Below the pieces are notes generated by a model. That model was not told the DNA's origin. It searched no databases and saw only the letters and a program-made list of their open reading frames with translations. A stretch of DNA of 64,000 nucleotides from Tubulanus polymorphus (Eukaryota > Animalia > Nemertea), in assembly GCF_964204645.1 (NCBI RefSeq), contig NC_134028.1, positions 19,537,653-19,601,652 of the forward strand, read 5' to 3'. A program made the position numbers and the translations under genes. This document shows, in pieces, positions 25,880-39,000 of the stretch (position 1 is its first letter; each line of letters opens with the position of its first letter).

Positions 25880-26330
25880 CGGAAAGAACCGATATCACGA
25901 TTGATAAAACACTATATCCGTCTGAAGCGATGTAGAGATAATCCCACAATGATAACGAAAAAGTCCAAAAATGTTAGTAGTTTATTCAACGTTTCGTCTA
26001 TGTCCTAATAGTCATCTTCAGAAATAATGAATACTACAGAAATTATGAGAGATATATACAATCCAGAGACAAAGAGACTAATTCAAGTAATCAGAGATGA
26101 TACTAACTAAAGGAAAATTAACGTAGAAACAGTTACACGCTAAAACAGATTAAAGAGAAGCAGTTAAGAGACAAACTAGGGGGCACTTAAATTTAAGACA
26201 ATTGTGAATACAAGTTGATTGACTAAAATTGATGAGGGGAAATCAGGTGTTGAGTTTAACCAGTTTACAGAGGAATTTTTATATAAGTTTATTATGGGAT
26301 GAAAAACCGATATTCGGAAACAACTGAATT
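25880..26330 (-). mobile_element. Penelope-like element 3' end and pLTR fragment
   Basis: Reverse complement of ~58985-59470, including the hammerhead-like core at ~25983-26025. Confidence 0.8.
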
Positions 26331-28589
26331 ATTACGGAGATTCCCGATCTCGCTGGTTATCGCTTATCGGCGCGTTACGTAACAAAGCGCTCGCCGACGA
26401 ACCGTTATCGGCTTTAGGGCAATTACAACGCACATTCGACAAGAGCTGCACAATAGCGTCCGTATTCCATCTCATCACACTTCCCTGTTCGAACAAAAAA
26501 CTTAATGTTCTGATCAGAAAATCTCGTTCGAATGCAAACGATTCTGTTTGATCGAATGCTTTCGTTCGAACAAAAACTTTTCTTCGTTCGGACAAATAAA
26601 TTTGTCGAGCGAAAACGATTTTTCTCGAATGGATGTTTGAATGAAAACGATTCTAGTCGATCGAACAATTTGTTCGATCGAAAAACCTTTCGTTTAAATA
26701 GAAATTTATTCTGACGAAAACAACTTTTCTCGACGAAATTTTCAATGAAAATCATCATTTTTGCCAATAAAATATCGTCGATAATTGTGATTGATCATTG
26801 GAAGTCAGAACCAGTTAATAACTAATACATGCCTTCTAATTGATATGATTCCTCCTTTACAGGGAACTAAGCTTTAACCTAGTAGAGGCTACTAACCTCT
26901 GTAGGCCTATGTATATGCGTAGGCCTAGCATCCGGACAGATTGGTCTTAGGCCTATTGAATTTCAACACCCTCCTAAACATCGTAATCCTACACCTTATT
27001 CAACGGGGATAGGTCTCTGGGGTACCGTACTCAATTCTTGAAATCGATTTCATTTTCGGATTATAAAGAAAGAAATCTTTTGTAAATCGTAGCAATGTTG
27101 CCGGATTTTTATTTCTATTTTGTTTTGAAGCTCAATGCAACGAGTCCGTTAATAAACTTAAGAATTATACTGCGTTTGTTTGAGACAGTAAAGCTTAGTA
27201 CCGGTAGGTCGCGTACAACTCGATAAACACTTCAAGTGACACAACGAACTGTCCCCCTGGCGAACGCTTACTCCGAATATCAAGCGTGAGTCCAGCTTAC
27301 GGATCGGAGTGTGTTATATACTTATATTTAGTTGATACTTTGTGCATTTAACAATGATCGGTATGAACTGTAGAAAAAATAGAGTATTGATATTATAATA
27401 AAATGGTTGAAGCCCGCGGCCGAATAAAGTTATAATTTCTTTTATTTTGATACCTCGTCGACACTACAGCTTTTCTCCGCTACGTCTCTTCGGCGTGTTT
27501 AGTTTAGGCCTACGACTCCCCGGTACTCTAATGATTTATCCTTGTAAATACACGGTAAATTTGGTAAAGAAAAATAGATATTGTAAAACTAACTGTTTGA
27601 AGCCCGCGGAGAAATCACTGGTAGTAATAAATTTATTTGTACTTGATTTGATTCTCATGGCGAGGAAAACTCGCAGCAGATCCGCGTAACGACGATGTCA
27701 AGACACACGTTGATATTTACAGCTCGACAGTGCTTGTAATATTGAGAGTAGTAAATATCATGTGGATCGGTAAAGTGTATCTATGAAGAAAATGGGTAAT
27801 TGTTAAAATTACCGTTTGAAGACCGCGACTGAATGTGAAGTCTTGCGGCAATAAATTTGTTTATTTATACTTGAATTGATAATCGAAGTGACCACTAGCC
27901 TGCGGATGATTTCGGGATGACGACTCTAAAAACATGTCGCCTCATTGAATGGGGCTCAGTTTTTCGATGTTTACAGCCCGACAGTGCTTTTGTAACGTTG
28001 ATTCATCAAAATTCCCATGCAGTATTCTGTAGATCGAAGTGAGCTAAATGAATTAAACAGTTAAAGCGGATTGTATCGGAAACAGTGGTATGGTAAGAAA
28101 GCCTTTGCAGTTTTGAATCAATTGTCAATAATAATAATAAATATGAGGAATATCAATAGGGTTTTCCGTGGTGTAACAGAAAACCCTAGCTACAGCATAA
28201 CGCCACATCAGCTATCATTTCGATATGTTTCACACAGTGAGTGCATAAATAAAAGTTAAGACCTCACTGGTAGCCCAGCAGGAGTATTTTAATCGCAAGT
28301 TTCAACTGAGATCTTCAATGAGTGTATCTATGAGTGTATCTATGAGTGTACACACTGGAGTGTGTGATGGGCCGCGATACGTCACCAATGTTTACGTGCC
28401 TCACTTTGGATTTCAAATATGGCGGCTCTCATCTGCCGTAAATTTTGCTGATAACAGTATTAAAATCGTTGTATACAAGTTAATTAGGAAGAATTGGAAA
28501 TTTCTACTAGCATTATGCTAAACAACAACAAGAGTAGAAATGAATGGCCAATAAAAATTTTTTGACCGCAGTTCCCAGGTACCTTGGTA

Positions 28590-28885
28590 TTGTAGTAACT
28601 GTAATGGTTCTTTTACTAAATGCCGAAAGGCATTGCGCGATAGCTGTCAACAGTTAAATTTAATTATCGATGTCAGTCTCCACTTATTTGATAGTATTGT
28701 TGAGCCATTTTTGCTTAATGCTTGTGAAATATGGGGCTTCGAAAATGTAAATATCTTTGAAAATGTGCATCTATTATTCCGTCAAGTACGTCCTAGACTG
28801 AATAAGTAGACACCCAATTTTATGGTGTACGGTCGAATTCCTCTTGAAATTGACATTAAAAGTAGTATGGTAAAATTCTGGCCAA
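28590..28885 (+). pseudogene. Degenerate non-LTR retrotransposon ORF2 C-terminal fragment
   Basis: LHLFDSIVEPFLLNACEIWGF...TPNFMVYG, resembling the LINE post-RT region. Confidence 0.6.
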
Positions 28886-30002
28886 TCCCTAGCTAATCCC
28901 TAGAAGATTTTGCTCAACTCAAAATTTTTAAAACATGAACTCCCTTTTCTGTACAAAAAACAAAAGAATCCTGATAAACCTTTCTAAATTTATTCGAATA
29001 TGCTCAAATTAAGTTGTAAACATGTATAATAGAGATGTGTACTGGATCCCCACGCTGTTATACCGTCATTCTGTATTTATGTAATTATTAATGTATGTTT
29101 TGTTCAATGCGAATTGTAAAATTTGTGAACAATCAAAATTGAATCACTCGTTATCATTTATCAACTTCGCCATAACAATCTCACGTGCCTGTGCCGCTCT
29201 CTCTCGCTGGCGGTCTATCAATGCGCATAGCACTGTCCGCTTGACTGCGTCCGCATCCACGGATCTAACTATGCACTGTTTATTAGAAACACATTGCCCC
29301 CGTGCACAACTTATATATATATACTTTAAGGCAAACTCAGCACGAGGTGTGAAGTACGTACCAACTGCACCCCTTGACTGAGAAATCCATCCTTATTGGA
29401 GCTGCAACGTCGATGTCGTACAAGTACACATCGAATACCAGGACCATACTCTCATCTGCATAATTTGCGTTTCGAAATGTGCTTCCTTTTAATCTACTCA
29501 GCACACGGGACAATCAATTTAGAGGACTTCAACATCAACCGAGAAAAAAAACTAAATACTTTCGGACTATTTACACGAGGACAAACGACCAAAAATGTAA
29601 TAATGGACAAAATTATCTACAACCTTGCAATATATATCTTTCCAAATTATCTATGTATTAAAAATAAGGCAGCCAACAAAATCGACCCCAATCAGCCGGT
29701 TCAGACTGTTTGGACGATTGTTTGAATGAACGGAAACAAACAATTCTGACTCGACCGCTGACCACACAACTATATTTGCACTTCGATTTCCGATTTCAAA
29801 ATCAAACCCCATGTTTCGCCCGCGACAGGTGTGGTGGGTTTGTAAAGGACACGAAATCAAACAATTAAATAGAAATCTATCAAACAAATAGATAACGTGG
29901 TCAATCCCTATTTTGAGATAAAAAAGCAATCTATGATTAAATAACATATCCGGGTTATGATTATTTTAAAAACAAACAAACAACATCAGCTGCTGCTGCA
30001 AT

Positions 30003-33000
30003 CTAGACATCAACTAATGCTCGCATCAAGGGTTTCCGGCTGTCAGACGGGGAAGGTCTTGGATCGAATCCCATTTCCGAGAGAATGTACGAATCCTTCT
30101 CCGCACGATCTTGTTGCACATCCCTCGTCTCCAGTTCGAATTTACGACCTAATTGCTGAATAATGAGACCTTGTTTCTCTAGTAACCGTTGTAAACCTCG
30201 TAATCTATAAAAAGATTTATAATCCATATCATTGATTGATCATCAGTTTTCGAGCGGGGTTCGTATGTTATATTTGTACCTGTTTTTCTGTGACGCCATT
30301 TCTTGAACAATTGATTTTAATCTATCACTATCAACCTCGTCGTCTTCCTGTATGAATCGGGTGGATTTAGTTGTCCCAAAAAATTGAGCTCGAAACTAAA
30401 TGGAAGAACACAGAGGAAAAATATGTTCAAGATCCGGACCGAGTTTTATATTGACCCAGTTCCATCGCAGCCCAGTTTCATCGGGACCCACTTCCATCGC
30501 AGCCGACATCCACGGTTCACGAGGCCCAGTTCTAAGTCCAGCACTGGTTCTCGTTGGGTTTGAATTTTCAGTTAGTGAGCAAGTTCTAACCAGTTGTCAG
30601 AATTAATTCATCTTCAATGTCCAAATATTGACCGAAAAATCGTGTATCTACGTCCAGGACCCGTATTAGCTAAAATGCAAAATCTTAATGCGGTATTCCA
30701 TTCTAGTGAGAGATTTATAGTTACCCTCGAGAAACAAGACATGTCAGAGTTAGGTCTGATTGTGTGAGTTTTGAAATGTACTTTTCTCTGAAGTGAACGA
30801 GGAAATGTGGTTTCAATATCACTGATCATCTGGAACTAAAAATGGAACAAACATCTTATCCTAATCTCTATCCACTTGATTATGATCGAGGGAGGGCGGT
30901 GCTGTCGGGGATTTACCTGCATGGCTAGACGTTTAAAATATGCACTCTTCTGAATTTTATCAATGTCACCCACAGCGATACCGACCTACAAACAAAATAT
31001 ACAAAATTATTTAAAACAAAATTCTTCATCATTTAGATCATTTCATTTCTAATTAAGACGATCTTTAGGTTCGTTTATAGAGTGAATTTTTCTAATCACC
31101 ATTCAAATAATATGAGAAATTTTGGATAGGCAGTAGATAGACTATAATATTCGGGTAATGTTATCCCAAAACGACCTCCAAAATAGGGCAAGCTTTATTT
31201 TTTTTCAAACCCCGCAACGTGATCACTGAATTAGTATTGAAATCAATGTTTTGAGTTTTAAGAGAAAAAAATATTACAAAAGGAAATAAGCATTTCAGCA
31301 TATGTTCGATGATGAGTTTACGGCGGGGTACGGAGTGGCCGGGTAGTTCAGGTTATAAAGGTGTTCACGGTTTCGTAGTGTAGAGATAGTTCAGATGGTC
31401 TTGGCAAAGTGGTCCAGGTGGTTTTGGGTGTAAAGTGGTTCCTGGTCCTAGGTGTATATATGGTTCAGGGTTTCGTGGTGTTAAGTACAGGTTCAGATGG
31501 TTTCGAGGTGTAAAGTGGTTCAGATGGTTTCGTGGTGTAAAGGGGTTCAGATAGTTTTAGGTGTAATGGTTCTGATGGTTCTGGCGGATGAAATTATGAA
31601 CATACCAATAGATTCATGATCATGATGGGCATCACAATAACGAATACAACCAATAGAATGAAACAATCGTGTTTGAACGGACTCAATTCTGATCCTACAA
31701 AACTATCTTTATAGTTGATTTCGCCTACAGTCATAATCATAACAGTCACTGCATTTGCTTCAAATGTCTCAAATACCGGCTGAAAATACACATCATTATT
31801 CATACACATACGTTATCACATCCCGGTCTATCGAATCCCCGCGGGTACAATTATCTATCCACTACTCCTCAACTCAGGCGTGTCTACCTATGCATGATAA
31901 TTTAGTGCATTGGGTTTCCAATTGAAAGCAAATCAAGAACACCAATATGAAACACTAGGAATCAATCGATTGGTTTGATCATGGACGTATCTAGTTTAAA
32001 CGTCCATGGTTTGATTTAATTTGTGTTTTCCTGCTTTACAGGGGTCAGCACCTCTAGCAGGCTGTTAATAATGCAATTACTATCAAACCCATGATAATTG
32101 TAGGCATCAATATGATAAAAATTAATAATAAAATGTTTGCCTCATGTACAAAATGGCCCCAAATCACCATCGACGATATTATCGATGTAATTGATTTCAC
32201 CGATTGTATTCACAGCGATACACACAACATTACTGATATAATCAGAGAATATAGCCTGAAAATATAGAATATATCAATCAGAGCGAGGGGCGGTAGAGGA
32301 GGCAACACAACCCAGACACAGAGCTCCCAAGTGTGGAGGAGGGATGGTTCGGATTGAGATACATACCGGTATGTAAAACTTACCAATTTTCCCATAACGA
32401 TGTAAAATGCACTTCCAAATGCACAAATAAAAAAAAACACAATAACCAACATCTGGAATTCACAGAGATGCAGATATTGATGTTCAGTTTATGACAATAT
32501 ATACCCCACACTGTGGGTTGGGATGTCAACCCAGTCACAATTACCTTTATCGCTGATTTAAAAACTGCTGTGAACATTATCAGATAAATTCCCAACCAAT
32601 CAACCCTGCGAATAGAAAATTCAAACAATCATTCAAATACGTATAACAGACTGTTCTATTTGGACGATAGGGAGGAAGCGGGGGAGGAGGGGTGGTTGTT
32701 TTACCTGCGCATGTACATGATGAAATTAAACCAACTGAGGAACATAGCGATCCATCCACATCTCCACTGCATCAAACACGGTTTAGTCATTGGTGGATAT
32801 ATATATCCACAAGTGCTGATTAATAGTGCTAGCACCAGGTAGTTATAAACATCGAAGAAATACGACATTTTCTGCAAATAGAGAATGTAAATGAATATTG
32901 AAACATTCTCTACCCGGTAAATATGCATTATTTGGAGTCAGTGGTCACCCGTTCGATTTTTATGAAAGTAGATCTTTTCTAGCTTATTTGGGTTGAGAAT

Positions 33001-36000
33001 CTTACTATACTTGTTCCTACAATCTGTCCCCAAATCGAGAAAGTTTGAAAGCACGGGCATATTTCAAACGAATACGAATGAAAAAGTGTTACCAATGAGT
33101 GAATCTTTTGAAATCGATGCTCAAATTTTCTAAGGGGCGGCATCTGCGCTGAACTTCGTCCAATGAGCGGGGAGGTTGGTTCGAACCCCCTTAATACGGG
33201 CGCGTTATTTTACCTGTCGAATTAGTGAGACAATCTCGCGTACAAAGAATGTGACGACCATCACCAGTAACAGAACATCGACAACAGCGAAAAAACTATA
33301 ATCCTGATCCTGACGCATTTCCCTCGTCATCTGACCATGCTGTCAAAAATCACAGATCAATTCATTAAACAGTGAAATGTCAAATTATTTACTACGCAAC
33401 ACTTTATATAGATTCTACGTAGTTTCTACTATGTATGATTCTTAAATATTGAAATCATCATTAGGGATTAATAGATTAATAGATATACCTTACCTTCATG
33501 TAATAATCAACTAATGTGGAGTTTAACTTTTCACTTTCATTGAGGTAAATTGGACAATGATGGAATTCGTCGAATAAAGTGGCGTTTATAGGAAAATCAA
33601 CGACATGAGCCGTGTAGATATTCAATAACAATACAAACATCACATAGAATAACAGATTACTGTAGAAGAGATACCGAACACATTTCACCCTGAAATTTCA
33701 GCAGAATATGGAAGTTTAATGTACATACAATACCGAACACAATATAAATATGGCGGTTACGTAATATGATAGACTTTCTTACCATTTAACTGAGAGTAGA
33801 TTCTGGGAGAGAGGATGAGATAATAGATCCGTGGATTTAGCCTTTACCATTGTCTGTAAACAATCAATAAACAACAGGGATGAGAACGCCGACCTGTAAA
33901 ATCCGCGGGTTATTTTTCTTGAGTGACATACGCGAACCAGCTGACGGCGTAGCCGTCAGCACTAGCAAGCGCCGAAGACGCGAAGCTATTTCGGGGGTGT
34001 TTGGGGGTCCTCCCCCAAGAAAATTTTAGAAATTAAATACGTTTTCCGAGCACTTAGAGCGATCTCGAACCCATGAACGACTATTATATTTTGGAAGGTA
34101 ATGGCTAGTTCCAATGTGGTACATCCTCATTTGATGACATTCAGCATCTCATGCATTACGGGTCGAGCCCTGAATTATTGCAGTAAAAATGCGCCGATGA
34201 ATGCTCACTAAAAATCATCACCAAGTAGTGTATAATATCCGAAAGCGTTCGCCACACACACGCAGCAACAGTAAGTAGACCTATATACGTTACTACTGTT
34301 GCTGTGCGTGCGTGTCTGCAACCGATCGATAAAATACATACAAACTCAGCGTAGTACAAATCACATACAAAATCACTGTGTTGCAATGAATATGCATTGA
34401 AATGCGATACTTTTACGTGACGATAAGTAAAACAGGCACTGAACGCTTTTACGGTTCACCTGATTACCGATCGCGCCGGACCAATTGAGTGAGATCATCA
34501 CCCCCCCCCATACTTTTACATCATTTTTGGACTATTTGGAAAATTGATATTTTTCAATACTGAAATCCGCGGGAAACCGCGGATCCGCGGGGAATTCTCA
34601 TCTCTGAAACAATCAGTAGACAATAGGCAAATAATTAGTAAATGATAGGACTGTACATACATCCATAGCGAACCATCTTTGTTTTTTACACATCGGATCA
34701 TCAGGTCCCGGATCTAAAAACGTGTAATCAAATGTCACCTGAAAAATTGAAATCTTTATAGCATTAATTTGGCGGGAGGTGGGGAGCAGGGAGGGGAGAG
34801 GAGGGGATACGGAAGGGGAGGTAGGTTATGTAGACTATCCTATAAATCTTAACTTAACTAGTCAGCAGGGGAGGAGGAGGGTGGTGAGGTGGATAATGAG
34901 AAACCTCTAGATTTTTATCCTCATGATCATCAGTTGATGCTCGGACGCAGTGGTCCATTACTACTTTAGCTGCTTCCGGTAAACGTTCAATCAGTCTCTG
35001 CATCGGTGTATATTCATTCTTATCCCTGATACACATTGATTGTCTCCAACTACAATATATAAACAATCACATCATCAGGGGCACCAGTTAGGGGTGCAGG
35101 GCCTATCCTTGATTCGCTAGAGCATTTTGAATAGACTCCGTGACCAGTGCAAGATAACAGGTTTCAAAATCAATAAAAATTCGCTCTCAACTTATTAATT
35201 TCAGACAATTACTAATCAGCATGAAGATTTTGTGATTTTTTGACGCGATTAGAACCGTTACAATAATGTTTTTATACATTGATAACTAGTGTGCCTTATT
35301 TAAGTCTGGTATATGGTGATGATAACACATAAGATAACAATTAGCATTGTGAATTTTGTGATTAAATATATTTCATGACTTGTTTCGATAATTTACAATA
35401 ATCATTTTTGAGAGGATGTGCACCACAAGATTCCGATCGGGCTGTAGATAACGACTAAAAGATAGATGCATACATAAACCAAATCTAGACTATGCATCAA
35501 CGCGTAATGAAAACTAGATTCTCTTACTGACGGGTTGACGACGCTCCAAGTGACTAGACGGCTTAGGAAAGTGTGTAAATATACTTCATGTGCGGTATCA
35601 ATAGTCACAGTAACAGGGAGCACCGACAGGGGGCGTCTCAAATACGCCTTCACAGAATTCTACTTATGAAAACTTTCAGTCATAAAATATTCTGATATAG
35701 CAAACTACATTCAAAACGACTGAAACCTTTTATGTTTAAGTAGCGCTATTGCAGCCTCATTGGCTAAACTGTTAATTGCAACGTCTAATGGCGAATGACC
35801 GTGCGAATTCTTCAATGTGACGTCAGCATGGCGTTCTAATAGTAACCGGACTGCATCAGCGTGATTACTCGAGCAGGCGTGATGTAATGAGGTGTTCTAC
35901 AAAATAAAAACATGTACAACATTTACTTGAACTACTGTTATGATTTCGGTTATTTTCAAGGGCGGTGATATGATTGGGGTTATTTTCGTTTTAACCCAGA

Positions 36001-39000
36001 AGATGTGTGTGCGTGTTGTAAATGACGTTTGTTATGTTTTAAGATGTTCTTATTTCTATTTTTGTAATTAGTTCTAAACACTGTTTTTCCTCCCTATACC
36101 ATGGAAATGGTTGGAGTGTAATGGATACCCGTATTCGTCGAAATTTGTCTTGCAACAGCTTTGCAAACAAGGAACACATATTGAAAAGACACTTATCCGT
36201 GTTTTGACGATAATACTACGAAAATCCCACATTAAAGACGAAAAAAATAGAGTCCGAAACTTTATTCAGTATTCCTGAAAATGACTATTAGTTTATAGTC
36301 GAAACGTTTAATAAACTACACGAGCTCAAGGAAAAAATTTCGGACTTTATTTTTTCGTCTTTATAGTGGGATTTTCGCAATATGAAGGAAAACATATGTT
36401 TCACTCCAGGGGCGGTCTGCCCACGTGACGTACAATTAACATACCTTTAATTTATCGCCGTCGTTAACATTAGCATGATGATCTAACAATATGATCATAG
36501 TCGGGGTGTTGCCATAGTGAGCAGCTAGTATCAGTGCAGTACAGCGGCTATCATCTCTATACGATGATGGTTTTCATTAATTATAGAACATTTTGATTAA
36601 TTTAACACCACATTCATCTTAGAACATTTATTGATACTTACTTTGATGTTGTATCTGCCCCGAAAGACAACAATACTTTAACCACGTGACGATGCCCGTT
36701 AATACTAGCCAATAAGAGCGGAGTTCGGCCATCGATGTCATCATCGTTTAATTCCGATTTGCTAGCTTCTATTAAACTTTCAGCGCAAGCTAAATTATTC
36801 GATTCAGCCGCGATGTGCAACGGGGTTTTCTCATCAGTATCTTTAACACTAGCGTCAGCACCAGCTTCCAGTAGAATCCGTACCAACTGAAAATTCAATA
36901 GATAACATATTTTGAGCCAGTGGCCCCAGGATTCGATCACTAAAACCCCTTGGGTTCAGTTGGCCAAAATGTGGCATAAAAGTTTATCATCGGGATCCAG
37001 CTCCACAATTTGACTCTCGAGTTAAAATGTCTACTCATTTCAACCGTTTTAAAAGATGAAATTTTCCGGTAGGTTTTTAGTGCCCTGTTTCAACGGGTCG
37101 AAGCGGTATAGCGGTGAACATTTGACCTAACTTGACTGTACATTGTGACATTCACTGTCAACGATGTATAGGATGAGCACTCGATGGTTATGAACTCTCA
37201 CAGTTCGATATTTGTTTGTTTTTGTTCGTGTTGCCTTTGGACCTTGGTTTCCCAAGACTAACCCTATTATATTGGTTTATTCAACCTCACGACGGGACGG
37301 CCTTTGAGGTGTTGCCCGCACACCGTAAGCAGCCAACAGGACTCAAAACCACTTGTCATCAGCACTGATAGTAGTTACAACAGCATCGCGCCTTATCTCA
37401 CTGAGCTACTGAGCTACCGAGGCCGCTTAGATCCGTTAACTCTACTGTTACATGCGATTTTTTCCCAGAGCGGACAGTGGGATACTTATAAAACACGTAC
37501 CGAATTATTGCCCACATACGCGGCGTAGTGTAAAACATTTTGATCGTTCCTATCTTTTCTGTCTAAAATCGATTTACCATTCTTCTGCAAAATACATACG
37601 TAAAAACACCACATCGGTTTAGAGACACATCCCCGGCCGTCCGACCCCCTCATATATCCTCAGGCTCCATAAACTTACAACTAACATAGACATGACAGTC
37701 ATACTATGTTCACCCTCTACAGCCCAGTGAAGACATGTCTTTAAAGATGTATCTAATGAATTGATTTGCGCTCCGTTATCCAATAGAAACTCAACAGCTT
37801 CCGTCTGACCTTTCCAACATGCCACGTGCAACGGACCTAGACTATTGATGTCTTTAGCATTGATATCTGCTCCCTACAACAAACAATAAATGATTATTAT
37901 CCCAATCCCTACAAAACTAAAATAACAACAAATCATTGATGAGTCTGTACCGAAAATTCCTTCGAGGTTTATAAGTACCCCACCTGTCTCAGACTAGAGT
38001 TAACGTGGGCACATCACAGAGGACGGGTTAAACCTGCAGGTTCAACCAGGAAAATGAAAGCAACCTAACTGATGAAGAAAACGTTGCGTCTCCACAGTAC
38101 TAGCCGGTGATCAGTAAATTGTTCAGCTGAGCTTTTGAAATAAGAGGTACTTATTAAGGGAACTCTCGACTGAATGATCCTTAGAGATCTTTTTACTTTA
38201 TAGCGGCAGACGGTAGAGGCGTAACTCTTTAGGACGGTCCGGTGTTACAGAAATAATCTTGTATTACGGTACTGGTTTGTGTTTAAAAAACGACTGACAA
38301 GACGCGGGATATGTTTAGTGAATTACCTGATCGATCAGTATTTTAATGATAACCACACGATCATACATAGCCGCTTTATGAAGAGGAGTCATTTTTTCGC
38401 AATCACGAGGGTCGATTTCCGCTTTCCAATCGAGTAGCAACTGGACTAACTCGGAGAATCCGTTCACAGCTGCGATATGTAACGGCCTCATTAGATTCGC
38501 CTGTGAATAATGAATACAGAAATATGAACACAGAAATAATGGTGATTTATCTTAGCTGGGTTGGAATTCCTTTTATATTTGTTGTCTTTTTCTCATAGCA
38601 TTTCAAACAAATGGTAGATGTGGGGGGGGGGGGGGTAATGATTTAAGTAAAGTGTTTCCTGTCGCTATCTCACGCTAGGGGGTAGGGGGGGGGGTTGTTG
38701 ACCTTGTAATTTGGAAAGTAATAGAAAGAAATGTAAAAACAATCTTGTCTTGTTAAGAATAAGTTATTGCCTTCTCTTTCAAGGTGAATTCTGTAAAAGT
38801 TGTAAGATCTGCATTGAGCCGTGGTGCGCAAGACTAGCTCTGTTAAGGGACTGAGAGGCTTGGTCTATTGGTGAGTCGAGTTGAGTGAGTTTAACATCAA
38901 AGAATGATGATTAAGCAAAATCAATCAAAAGCAACACCACCCGTTTCAGATGATATCGAGGATGTCGAAGAAACCATTGCATACCGTTACCGTGTATGTT

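Larger units (their letters stand above)
23880..28190 (-). repeat. Inverted, rearranged copy of the Helentron-like macro-unit found at 44478-56520
   Basis: 26700-28190 is reverse-complementary to ~44880-46050 and ~53820-55095. 23880-24100 matches ~49270-49490. Terminal hairpin AGGGTTTTCC...GAAAACCCTAG at ~28158-28190. Confidence 0.75.

Noticed and set aside
28232-28270. CACAGTG heptamer as an RSS or Transib end
   Set aside because: No convincing nonamer, partner end or TSD. A 7-mer is expected by chance in 64 kb.
28317-28350. ATGAGTGTATCT x3 giving ORF MSVSMSVSMSV
   Set aside because: Simple 12-bp microrepeat in non-coding DNA.
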